Notes under the pieces: model-generated | Databases searched by the model: none | The model's input: the letters and a program-made list of their open reading frames with translations, nothing else | What the model was told of the DNA's origin: nothing | Assembly: GCA_031431875.1 (NCBI GenBank) | Contig: JANPEF010000149.1 | Span: 1-23,941, forward strand | Reading direction: 5' to 3' | DNA from: Candidatus Eiseniibacteriota bacterium | GTDB lineage: Bacteria; Eisenbacteria; RBG-16-71-46; DASYSL01 | DNA: 23,941 nucleotides | In this document: piece by piece, positions 7,524-16,243 of the stretch | How positions within the stretch are numbered: the stretch's first letter is position 1 | Layout: every line of letters starts with the position of its first letter | Position numbers and translations under genes: made by a program

Positions 7524-10500
7524 TTATGAAATCAACCACTCCAGGTCCTCGCGGCTCAGCGAGCGGGCGAAGCCCTCCTCGCCCAGGACTTCCTTCGCCA
7601 GCGTGGCCTTCTTCTGCTGCAGCTCCCAGATCTTCTCCTCGATGCTGTCGCGCGTCAGCAGGCGATAAGCCGTCACCTTGCGCGTCTGCCCGATGCGATG
7701 TGTGCGGTCGATCGCCTGCGCCTCGACCGCCGGGTTCCACCACGGATCGAACAGCACGACGTAGCTCGCCGCCGTCAGATTGAGTCCCGTGCCACCGGCC
7801 TTGAGCGAGACGAGGAACACGCACGCCGCGGGATCGTCGGTGAAGCGCTGGACGACGGCTTCGCGGTCCTTCTCGTTCGTCTTCCCCGTCAGCATGTGGT
7901 GCGGGATCTCGCGCTCGTTCATGTCGCGCGCGACAAGGGCCAGGCACTCGACGAACTGCGAGAACAACAGCACCTTGTGCCCCTCGGCGAGCAGCGGCTC
8001 GAGCAGCTCCCACAGCGCGTCGAACTTGCCCGAGGGCGAGCGTGTCGGGGCGCCGACCAGCGCCGGGTGATCGCAGATCTGGCGCATGCGGGTGAGGATC
8101 GCGAGGATCTGGAAGCGATCCTCGTTCAGCTTCTTCGGGTCGCCCTCGCCGCCGGCCAGGATGGCGCGGGCGCGCTGGACCTGCTCGAGGTACAGCTTCT
8201 TCTGCACGGGCGTGAGCTCGCAGTCGCGGCGCTCCTCGGTGCGCGGCGGCAGCTCCTTCGCGACGACGCTCTTCATGCGGCGCAGCAGCACCGGGCGCAG
8301 GCGTGCGGCGAGCAGGCGGCGCACCGCGGGCGGCGCGTCGACCGGATCGTAGCGCGCCGTGAATTGGCGGCGGCTGCCCAGGAACCCCGGGCTGGCGAAC
8401 GAGAGGATGCTCCACAGGTCGAGCGCGCGGTTCTCGAGCGGCGTGCCGGTCAGCGCGAGGCGGTGCCTGGCCTTCAGTTCGCGCGCCGCGCGCGTCACGT
8501 CGGTGTTGGGATTCTTGATGTTCTGCGCCTCGTCGAGGATCACCGCGCCGAAGTCGATCGTCTTCAGCTCCTCGATGTCGCGACGCATGAGCGCGTAGTT
8601 GGTCACCCACAGGTGGGCGCGCGTGGCCTCGCGCTTGAGCGTGGTGCGCCGCTCGGCGCCGGTGAGGCGCACCACGGCGAGCTTCGGCGTGAAGCGCGCC
8701 GCCTCGCGCTGCCAGTTGTGGACGACCGACGCCGGGCACACGACCAGCACCGGTCCCAGCTCCGGATCCTGCTCCCGGAGCCACGCGATCCACGCCAGCG
8801 CCTGGATCGTCTTCCCCAGGCCCATGTCGTCGGCGAGGATCGCACCCAGCCCCAGCGATGCGGCGAAGGCGAGGAAGTCGACGCCGGTCTGCTGATATCC
8901 GCGAAGCGTGCCTTTGAATGCAGGGGGCACCTTGACCGCGGGCAGGCCTTCAAACGCTTCCACTCTTGCCCGCAGCTCCTCGATCGCCTTGAGCGAATCG
9001 GCGCCGCCGATCTCGGCGAGCGTGGCCAGGGACTCGGGACGCGCCTGCGCCAGTTGCCACACGCTCACGCGTTGCTCCCCGCCGCCGGTCTCGAGGCCCA
9101 GGTCGGCGAGCGCTTCGGCGGTGCGATCGAGCTCGTCGTTCGTCTCGCGGCGCACCCAGCCCGAGGGCAGGCGCACGAACTTGCCGGTGGCGCGGCGCAG
9201 GAGGGTGAGGTCCTCCTCGCTGAGGACCAGGTCCTCGCTCTCCCACTGCGCGGTGACGCCGAACCAGTCGACGCCCGACGGGCGCACCGAGATCTTCGCG
9301 CGCACGGAGCGCGTGCCCTCGAGCAGGCGTTGCGCGCGCGAGGTGGCGAACCAGCGGACATCGTCGGGGCGCGTGCCCCACGCTTCGTCGAACGTGGCCA
9401 GGCGCTTGGCCGTCAGCCGGATTTCCCAGCCGCTGTCCCCGTTGCGCGCGCCGGTGCGGGCGAGCCACTCGACGGTGGGTGAGAGTGGCGTCGTGTCGAG
9501 CAGGTGAAGGTGCGCGGGATCGACGGTCTTGCGTCGCCCGGCGGGGCCGTCGACGATCGGCTCCCAGCGCCGTGCGGGGCCGTACTCGTGGGCGCACGCC
9601 TCGGGGGCGGGGTCGTCGCCCGGGGCCCACGCGGAGCCCTCGGCCGCAGCGAAGAGTTGCATCACCAGCAGGTCGTCGTCGTCGGACGCCAGGTCGAGGG
9701 CCACGATGGCGCGGCCCGGGACGACCCGCAGGTGCGGCGCCAGCGCCTCGCGCATGGTCGGGAAGCGCTGGGCCAGTGCCCCGAGCAGCGGCGTGTGGCG
9801 CACGGGCTCGACCGGCAGCCCGCCGAGCGTGGCCAGTTCGTCGACCAGGTCGGCGGGCGGCGACGCGCCGACCAGGTATGCCTCGTCATTGCAGAAGAGG
9901 AAGTCCGGATGGGCCCGCCCGCCGTGCCGACCGCCGCGCGCGAGGTACGCCTGGTGGAGCGGGCGCGAGCGCCCGTCGGGCCAGCGCGCCTCGAGATCGA
10001 GGGCCAGTCCGCCGCCCGCGTCGGCGCGCACCGTGGGGACGATGCGCGCGGCGCGCGACCCCAGGCTCACGACGCCGCCGGGGGTGAGCCCGCAGCGCGC
10101 GGCGACATCGGGATCGAGCGCGTTCGTCCAGGTGACCGCGGGCGTACCGCCGGCGACCTCGAGCACGCGACGGATCGCGGTCGTCGTGGGAAAGCGCGCC
10201 GTGCCGTAGTTCCATCCCGAGGCGAGCCCGTTGAGGAACGCCTCGAGCATCTCCATCTGGTCCTCGGGGAGCAGGCCGGGCTTGCGCAGCGACTCGGTGC
10301 GCAGGTGCTCGAGCTGGCCGATCGTGCGCGGCTGGTCGACGGTGCGCGGCGTGGTGAGGCGGCCCTCGATCTCGACCGTGGGCACGTCGTCGGGCCCGGG
10401 TGCCAGGTCGAGCACGAAGCGCAGGCTGCGCGGATTGACCGCGGTCTCGGCATCGGCTTCGGCGCTCCAGCGGGCGAGCCGCAGTGCGATGGCCTCGCGC

Positions 10501-11114
10501 CGGCGCGTCAGCATGTGCGCGTCGAGGTCGGCGCGCTGCCGGTACGGCTCGAGCGCGCTCGGGAGCCAGCCCTGCGCCTCCTCGGGCAGCGCCTGCGCCA
10601 GCCGCCAGCACAGGAGGTCGGGATCGTTCTCCTCGAGGATCTCGCGGAACGGCGGCAGGTGCGTGTGGACCAGCACGCCCGGCCGCGCGCGCTGCAGCGG
10701 CCGCAGCAGCTCGCGCAGGAAGCCCATGCGCTCCCACGAGGTGCGCGCCGTGCGCAGGCCCTCGAGCGCGCGCAGGTCGGGCGGTGCTGCGGGCGCGGCG
10801 GCGGCGACGCCGTCGGCGGTGCGCAGGAACACCAGGCCCAGTGCGTAGGCGTGCTTGCACTCGCCCTGCATGGGACACGTGCAGTCGGTGCGCCAGCCGT
10901 GCGGCGTCCACGTCCACGTGGTCGTGTAGGCGCGGGTGCCGCGCACGCGCGCCTCGAAGCCGTGCGCACTGCGGCTGATCGTGCCCACCTGCCCCTGCGA
11001 GGCATAGGCGCGACCGCGGCCCTGGACCTGCTCGGAGAAGCGCTCGAGCGAGGTCCGGACCGCGGCGACACGTTCGCTGCTGAGGCCGGTGGGCGGCGGA
11101 GCGGAGGAAGGCAT
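7524..11114 (-). CDS. SNF2-family helicase/ATPase with N-terminal SWIM zinc finger
   Basis: SWIM CTCPMQGECKH; Q-motif LRGYQ; Walker A LADDMGLGKT; DEAQ; LTGTPLEN; SLKAGGTGLNLT; DPWWNPAVEAQAIDRTHRIGQ. Confidence 0.96.
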   Translation of the reverse strand: MPSSAPPPTGLSSERVAAVRTSLERFSEQVQGRGRAYASQGQVGTISRSAHGFEARVRGTRAYTTTWTWTPHGWRTDCTCPMQGECKHAYALGLVFLRTADGVAAAAPAAPPDLRALEGLRTARTSWERMGFLRELLRPLQRARPGVLVHTHLPPFREILEENDPDLLCWRLAQALPEEAQGWLPSALEPYRQRADLDAHMLTRRREAIALRLARWSAEADAETAVNPRSLRFVLDLAPGPDDVPTVEIEGRLTTPRTVDQPRTIGQLEHLRTESLRKPGLLPEDQMEMLEAFLNGLASGWNYGTARFPTTTAIRRVLEVAGGTPAVTWTNALDPDVAARCGLTPGGVVSLGSRAARIVPTVRADAGGGLALDLEARWPDGRSRPLHQAYLARGGRHGGRAHPDFLFCNDEAYLVGASPPADLVDELATLGGLPVEPVRHTPLLGALAQRFPTMREALAPHLRVVPGRAIVALDLASDDDDLLVMQLFAAAEGSAWAPGDDPAPEACAHEYGPARRWEPIVDGPAGRRKTVDPAHLHLLDTTPLSPTVEWLARTGARNGDSGWEIRLTAKRLATFDEAWGTRPDDVRWFATSRAQRLLEGTRSVRAKISVRPSGVDWFGVTAQWESEDLVLSEEDLTLLRRATGKFVRLPSGWVRRETNDELDRTAEALADLGLETGGGEQRVSVWQLAQARPESLATLAEIGGADSLKAIEELRARVEAFEGLPAVKVPPAFKGTLRGYQQTGVDFLAFAASLGLGAILADDMGLGKTIQALAWIAWLREQDPELGPVLVVCPASVVHNWQREAARFTPKLAVVRLTGAERRTTLKREATRAHLWVTNYALMRRDIEELKTIDFGAVILDEAQNIKNPNTDVTRAARELKARHRLALTGTPLENRALDLWSILSFASPGFLGSRRQFTARYDPVDAPPAVRRLLAARLRPVLLRRMKSVVAKELPPRTEERRDCELTPVQKKLYLEQVQRARAILAGGEGDPKKLNEDRFQILAILTRMRQICDHPALVGAPTRSPSGKFDALWELLEPLLAEGHKVLLFSQFVECLALVARDMNEREIPHHMLTGKTNEKDREAVVQRFTDDPAACVFLVSLKAGGTGLNLTAASYVVLFDPWWNPAVEAQAIDRTHRIGQTRKVTAYRLLTRDSIEEKIWELQQKKATLAKEVLGEEGFARSLSREDLEWLIS

Positions 11115-11126
11115 CCGCGCATTGTC

Positions 11127-13700
11127 TCACATCGCGATGAGCTTTCCTCCGCCGACGATCGCTCCGGCAACCCTCATCCGCACGAAATAGAGGCCGGGGG
11201 CGAGGCGTGCCCCAGCGGCGTCCCGTCCCTCCCAGGCCACCTGGCCGGGTCCGGCCGCATAAGTGCGCTCCGGGACCCGTGCGACGACGCGCCCGGCGAT
11301 GTTCATGATCTCGAAGCCCGCGGAGCTCTCGCTCGCCAGCTCGAACGCGAGTCGGGTGCCGGCCCCGCGGAGCGGGTTCGGCGCGGCGGCGCGGAAGCGG
11401 GTGACCGCGGTGGCGGCCGGAGTCGATCCCGCGTCCACGATCGTCGGGTTGACCGCCAGCGAGAACGAACCGTAGACCGTGTTCACCGCGCTCCGCTGGT
11501 GGAGCACGATCAGCCCGTACACGCCGCTCTCGGGCGGCGTGAACACGGTCGGGCCCGACGTGCGCAGGACCTGCCCGGGCCCACCCAGCGCCAGGTACTC
11601 CGGCGGGCAGTCGAGCGTGCACGTCGAGGTGCTCGCCAGGACGCTCTTCATGATGAACAGGTCGCCGGTGAATCCGACGGTCTGGAAGTGCACCGCATAG
11701 GGCTGCCCGCCGACCAGCTCGATGTTCCACACCTCCATGAAGTCGAATGGGCTGAGCGGGAATGCGTTCACGAAATCGCCCACCGCGAGCGTCGTGTTGT
11801 GCATCTCGAACTCGGCCTGCGCTCCTCCGCCGAGGGAGAGCCCCGCCGCCGGGTAGGCGCGCACCGTTTCCACCCACTCCTGGAACGGCGGCGGCGGGAT
11901 GTCGTAGCGCGCGAGGAAGTCGATCCGCGAGCCGATGCCGTCGTCGTTCGACGCGCCGAGGAGCCCGGCATTGCAGCCGAATGGCGCCGCCCCGCCCCCG
12001 CCGGACGGCGCGTCCCAGGCTTCGATCACCCAGTCCTCGGTGATCGCGTTGGGCAAGACGGCCACCGCCGACCAGCCGAAGCGACCGTGGAGCGTGGCGA
12101 GCGCCTCCCCGGCGTAGGGGACCGCGACTCCGTTCGACAGGACGATCGGCACGCCGTCCGGCAGCTCGGTGCGCGCCCGGCACGAGGAAACGGCCAGCTC
12201 CCAGCAATGGTTCTCGCCCGTGTCGTTGGTGAGCACGACGGCGTAGGCGCCCGTCACCGGCGGCGTGAGGACGAAGTCGTTCACCCCGGTGACGACCACC
12301 TCGGCGATCGGCCCGTGGTCGCTGTTGGGCGACGACCATCCGTTGCCGAGCGGCACGGTCGCATCGAACGGCCGGAACACGCGCAGTGTCCCCGTCGCCG
12401 GCCCGCACTTGGCCACGTGGAACGTGTACGGCGTGCCCGCGACCAGGTCGGCGCGGTACGTGCGGACGACCATGTCGAAGCCACCGACCTTGTACTGCGT
12501 CGGGCCGTCGACCGTCAGCACGTCAGTGCCGGGCGAGTACTCGATGCGCCCCTCGACGTCGGTCGACGCCGTCGCCCCCAGCCAGTAGCTGCCGCCGGGA
12601 GCGATCGCGCCGGAGACCAGGTCGCCGACGACGAGCGCGACACGTTCGCCGGACGCGCCCGAGGTCGCCTGCTCCTCTCCCTCACACGGGTAGAAGCCCG
12701 GCGCGACGTGCTTCGCGACCTTCGTCCAGAACCAGTCGCCGTCCTGCCCCGCGCGTGCGGCGATCGTCGGGAAGCCCGGCGGCCCGCCCGGCTCGAACTG
12801 GAAAGCCGTCTCGGGCAGCCCCGGGATCGCCGGCACCGGCAGGCTGACGTGCGGTTCGAGGTGCGGAGGGTCGACGCACGGCTGGACGTCGAACACGTAG
12901 TTGCTCGGGGAGTCCGTCTCGCTGACGACGACGAACGCGTAGCGTTCGGTCGCGGTCGCCGTGAGGATGGGCGGGAACGACAGGTTCGAGACCACCTCGA
13001 CCAGCGCGTTCGCCTTCGAGCGCCACGAGTTGCCGCCGCCGTGCCGGAATGCGTACAGCTTGTAGTCGCCCGAGTCCTGCGAGCGCAGCCGGATCTTGTA
13101 CGACGTGCCGCCGAGCAGGTCCACGCTCCAGCAGTCGATCAGCCCGCCGTTGCCCAGGCCGAAATTGTAACCGCCGCCGATGTTGGCGATGCGGTCGCCC
13201 GAGTCCCACTCGACGGTCGCGCTGCCGGTGCCACTGGTACGCGAGATCGGCGCATAGCGCGTGCCCGTGCCCTCGGCCGCGAAGTCGCCGAGCACGAAGT
13301 CGATGCCGCTGGCCTGCTGCGACGCGACGACGGGAAGAGTGACGCAGGCGGCGAACGGCGCCGAGCTGAGGGACAGCCCGATGTCCCAGTTTGCGGTGCC
13401 AGCCGACTTCACGGCGACCGCGGCCCAGCGGGCGCCGGACTGCGCGAACCGCGGAATCGTCGGATTGGTCGCGAACGCCTGCGGCGTATCGTCGACCAGG
13501 GTCGGGTAGCTGCAGACCTGTCCCGCCGCGGGAGCGGCGGCGGCGATCGCGGTGACGAACGCGAGTGCGGCGGCAACGCGCCGAAGGGCAGGCCGCCGGG
13601 GCGGACCTGCTCCTTCCGACTTGTGTACGGTTCGTACGTTCTGTACGGACTGTACGCTCACCTGCGGGACCCCCACTCGATCTCCGGCCTGACACTTCAT
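11127..13700 (-). CDS. Secreted protein with three internal repeat units and C-terminal FlgD-Ig/T9SS-CTD-like domain; start uncertain (ATG 13700 or GTG 13661)
   Basis: Signal peptide RRPALRRVAAALAFVTAIAAAAPAAG. Three similar units. Tail AAPNP...IMNIAGRVVA...WEGRDAAGARLAPGLYFVRM. Confidence 0.88.
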   Translation of the reverse strand: MKCQAGDRVGVPQVSVQSVQNVRTVHKSEGAGPPRRPALRRVAAALAFVTAIAAAAPAAGQVCSYPTLVDDTPQAFATNPTIPRFAQSGARWAAVAVKSAGTANWDIGLSLSSAPFAACVTLPVVASQQASGIDFVLGDFAAEGTGTRYAPISRTSGTGSATVEWDSGDRIANIGGGYNFGLGNGGLIDCWSVDLLGGTSYKIRLRSQDSGDYKLYAFRHGGGNSWRSKANALVEVVSNLSFPPILTATATERYAFVVVSETDSPSNYVFDVQPCVDPPHLEPHVSLPVPAIPGLPETAFQFEPGGPPGFPTIAARAGQDGDWFWTKVAKHVAPGFYPCEGEEQATSGASGERVALVVGDLVSGAIAPGGSYWLGATASTDVEGRIEYSPGTDVLTVDGPTQYKVGGFDMVVRTYRADLVAGTPYTFHVAKCGPATGTLRVFRPFDATVPLGNGWSSPNSDHGPIAEVVVTGVNDFVLTPPVTGAYAVVLTNDTGENHCWELAVSSCRARTELPDGVPIVLSNGVAVPYAGEALATLHGRFGWSAVAVLPNAITEDWVIEAWDAPSGGGGAAPFGCNAGLLGASNDDGIGSRIDFLARYDIPPPPFQEWVETVRAYPAAGLSLGGGAQAEFEMHNTTLAVGDFVNAFPLSPFDFMEVWNIELVGGQPYAVHFQTVGFTGDLFIMKSVLASTSTCTLDCPPEYLALGGPGQVLRTSGPTVFTPPESGVYGLIVLHQRSAVNTVYGSFSLAVNPTIVDAGSTPAATAVTRFRAAAPNPLRGAGTRLAFELASESSAGFEIMNIAGRVVARVPERTYAAGPGQVAWEGRDAAGARLAPGLYFVRMRVAGAIVGGGKLIAM
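13625..13656. repeat. Four GTACG copies at exact 9-bp period
   Basis: GTACG begins at 13625, 13634, 13643 and 13652. Confidence 0.8.
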
Positions 13701-13734
13701 GGCTTCACCCCCCCGCTTCGCGGGACATCGGGAT

Positions 13735-14940
13735 CTACTGCTTCGCGAACTCGACCCGTCGATTCATGGCCCGTCCCTCGGCCGTCTGGTTGCTCGCCAT
13801 CGCCTCCGTGTCTCCCTTGCCGTCGGAGACCAGGCGATCGGCGGCCACCGCGAACTCCGCGCTCAGGATCTTCACCACCGACGCCGCGCGGCGCTTCGAC
13901 AGGTCGAGGTTCGACGCGGCCGAGCCCACGTTGTCGGTGTGTCCGGTGACGCTCAGCTTCGCCGTCGGGTTCGCCTCCATCCACGCGGAGACCTGGCGCA
14001 GGATCGGCGCCGACTCGGGCTGGACGACGTCGGATCCGGTGGCGAACTTGATGCCGTGGGTGACCAGCTTGCCGTCGGCGAGCAGGTCCTTGGCGGGCTG
14101 CGGGCCCTCGGCGAAGCGCACGTTGGTGATCATCGGGTGGGTGGTCGCTGTCAGGCGGATGTTCAGTTCCTCGGACATGCCGGCGTCGGCGCTGACGTCC
14201 GGCACGTTGACCATCCGTTGCTGGTCGATGTAGGCCTTGAGCGCCGTTCCACGCGCCAGGAACATCACGTGGTGGCGACCCGGGACCGTACCGCCCTCGA
14301 GCGGCGTCGAGGAGAACAGCTCCCCGCTGCGAAACCTCATGTTCGAGCCCTCGGGGAACGCGACGGACCAGCCCGTGCGGCCCGCGCCGTTGAGGCCGCT
14401 GACCTGCAGCGCGGAACCCATCGGCTCCTCGCAATAGAAGTCGAACTCGAGGGTCCACAACTCGGGCAGCTTTCCGGGCGGCAGCTTGAGGCGGACCGTG
14501 CCGTCGTTGCTCACGCAGCGCATCCAGCGCTCGCCCGCCATCTCGGCGACCTCGAACGTGCCCAGCTTCAGCGTCCAGCGCGCCGGGAACTCGCCGAGCT
14601 CGTCCTGCGTGAAGTCGTCGGCGAACAGCACCTTGTCGCCGGGGACGAAGTCGAACTTGGTCGAGACCGCAGACACCTTGGTGCTGCCAGCTCCGGCAGC
14701 GCCTGCGCCGCCGCTTGTCGAGCCGGCCGGAGTCGTGGCGGGCGTGCTGCCGTCGCCGGTCGTGCCCGTCGCCTTGTCGACCTGCTCGTTCGTGGTCTTC
14801 TCGAGTTTCTTCTTCAGCTTGTCGGCCAGGCCGGCGCGCGCGGTCGGTGCGTCGAGCACGACGACGGCGAACGCGACGAGCAGCGCGCACGCGATCAAGC
14901 TGAACATCTGGGCAAGCGAAAGCTGCACCGGTCGTGTCAT
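13735..14940 (-). CDS. OmpA-C (peptidoglycan-binding) domain protein with N-terminal beta-sandwich domain
   Basis: Likely start ATG 14940 (GAGG RBS), followed by a signal peptide. Then DFVPGDKVLFADDF..GEFPARW and the OmpA motifs IKFATGS, VTGHTDNVG..NLDLSKRRA, NRRVEF. 401 aa. Confidence 0.93.
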   Translation of the reverse strand: MTRPVQLSLAQMFSLIACALLVAFAVVVLDAPTARAGLADKLKKKLEKTTNEQVDKATGTTGDGSTPATTPAGSTSGGAGAAGAGSTKVSAVSTKFDFVPGDKVLFADDFTQDELGEFPARWTLKLGTFEVAEMAGERWMRCVSNDGTVRLKLPPGKLPELWTLEFDFYCEEPMGSALQVSGLNGAGRTGWSVAFPEGSNMRFRSGELFSSTPLEGGTVPGRHHVMFLARGTALKAYIDQQRMVNVPDVSADAGMSEELNIRLTATTHPMITNVRFAEGPQPAKDLLADGKLVTHGIKFATGSDVVQPESAPILRQVSAWMEANPTAKLSVTGHTDNVGSAASNLDLSKRRAASVVKILSAEFAVAADRLVSDGKGDTEAMASNQTAEGRAMNRRVEFAKQ

Positions 14941-14956
14941 GGCATGACCTCGGGTC

Positions 14957-15622
14957 CTAGGGAAGGGTGATGGGGTTCGTGTTCGAGCGGGCGATCTCGT
15001 CGGGACCGGCGTAGGCGGTGACGCGCCACAGCACGTCGTCACCGGAGGCATGCGCCATCAGGCCGGGGGGCAGGGCGGTGGAATCGAGCAGCAGTTCAGT
15101 CGCGGTCAGGTCGTCGACGCGTGCAACCTCGGTCAGGTCGCCGGCGAGGAATACGACGGCATAGTGCGTCGCAGCGGGCGCCTTGTTCCAGGTCAGGCGC
15201 GTGCGGCCGTCGCCGAGCACGGACATCGCCGGATGCGCCTGCCAGCCGGTGCTCGTCGCGGCCGGCCCGCGCAGCAGCGGCTCGGTCGCTTCGTTCACCG
15301 GCCCGTACTGCGTCCACACGCCGGCGATCACCACGATCGCGGCGGCGATGGCGAATAGCGGCCGCGCGGGCGCCGGCACGAGCCGCGCGAAGAACTCGCC
15401 GATGCCGCCCGGGGATCGATCGGCCACCGCACGCGCCGGAACACGCGTGGGCGGCTCGATCGTCACCCCGAGCTCGCGCTCCAGTTCGGCCAGGAGGTGC
15501 GCCTCCGCGTCGCCCAGCCGCGCCGAGTCGGGCAACGGGCCGGGCGCCAGGAACTCGGCGAGCGCCCGCGCGCGCGCGTCGTCGATCGGATCGGGCGTGC
15601 CGGGCGAGGTCGGCGTCGTCAT
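14957..15622 (-). CDS. Putative single-pass membrane anti-sigma factor with extracytoplasmic FN3/Ig-like domain
   Basis: Its ATG (15622) overlaps the sigma stop codon (ATGA). About 85-aa cytoplasmic N-terminus, TM segment PLFAIAAAIVVIAGVW, linker EPLLRG, then LTWNKAPAATHYAVVF...VLWRVTAY. 221 aa. Confidence 0.75.
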   Translation of the reverse strand: MTTPTSPGTPDPIDDARARALAEFLAPGPLPDSARLGDAEAHLLAELERELGVTIEPPTRVPARAVADRSPGGIGEFFARLVPAPARPLFAIAAAIVVIAGVWTQYGPVNEATEPLLRGPAATSTGWQAHPAMSVLGDGRTRLTWNKAPAATHYAVVFLAGDLTEVARVDDLTATELLLDSTALPPGLMAHASGDDVLWRVTAYAGPDEIARSNTNPITLP

Positions 15623-16206
15623 GCGGCCCCTCCTCGCGCGGCCAGCGCGCGGCGCAGTTTCTCTCGCGCGCTCTGCAAGACGGAGCGCGCGCCCGACACG
15701 TTTGACAGGCGCAGGATGCGCGTCACGTCGCCCACCGACAGGCGCTCGAAACAGCGCAGGAAAATGGCCTGCTGCTCCACCGGGTTCAGGGTCTCGCGGA
15801 GCAAGGCTTCCATGGCGTGTTCCTCCTCCGCGCTCTCGAGCAACCGGCCGGGATCGTCGTCGTCGACGAGGAACCACTCCGGATCGGCGTCGGGATCGCG
15901 CTTGAGCGACTTCGGGCGCAACGCCGTCAGGCACTCGTTGCGAGTCATCGCGAACAGCCACGACGGAAACCCGCTGCGACCGTCGAACTTCGACAGCCCG
16001 CGCCACGCCTTGAGCATCACGATCTGCGCGATGTCGAGCGCCTCGTCATGCTCGCGCATGAGTCGCAGCGCCCACGCGTAGACGCGACCCCGGTAACGTG
16101 CCAGCAGGAGCCCCGCCGCCTTCCGCCCGGTCTCCCCCTCGGGATCGGCGCGGAAGCGGCCCAGCAGGTCATTGTCGGGCGGTCCATCGGCGGCGTTCCA
16201 ATTCAT
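15619..16206 (-). CDS. ECF-subfamily sigma-70 factor
   Basis: 195 aa. Region 2 EALDIAQIVMLKAWRGLSKFDGRSGFPSWLFAMTRNEC; region 4 LNPVEQQAIFLRCFERLSVGDVTRIL...ARSVLQSAREKLR. Confidence 0.95.
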   Translation of the reverse strand: MNWNAADGPPDNDLLGRFRADPEGETGRKAAGLLLARYRGRVYAWALRLMREHDEALDIAQIVMLKAWRGLSKFDGRSGFPSWLFAMTRNECLTALRPKSLKRDPDADPEWFLVDDDDPGRLLESAEEEHAMEALLRETLNPVEQQAIFLRCFERLSVGDVTRILRLSNVSGARSVLQSAREKLRRALAARGGAA

Positions 16207-16233
16207 GAGACGCGGGGGCTCTCCATTCGTCAG
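16205..16233 (-). promoter_or_regulatory. Putative ECF promoter motif, copy 2 (CTGACGAAT-N12-CGTCTCAT), overlapping the sigma start codon
   Basis: 16 of 17 box positions and the spacing are identical to the copy at 21103-21131. The CGTC -10 core is typical of ECF promoters. Confidence 0.65.
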
Positions 16234-16243
16234 CCGGAAGTCT

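Larger units (their letters stand above)
5644..7538. mobile_element. Lower-GC horizontally acquired islet carrying a type IV TA pair (no integrase or transposase seen)
   Basis: A/T-ending codons and an AT-rich intergenic stretch lie between two host-like high-GC genes. Boundaries are approximate and no target-site duplication was found. Confidence 0.5.

Noticed and set aside
7468..7668. 66-aa plus ORF after the palindromes
   Set aside because: Mostly antisense to SNF2, with no RBS and no recognisable features.
9504..13949. 1481-aa plus-strand ORF
   Set aside because: An antisense shadow spanning three real minus-strand genes, with low-complexity Arg/Ala/Gly composition.
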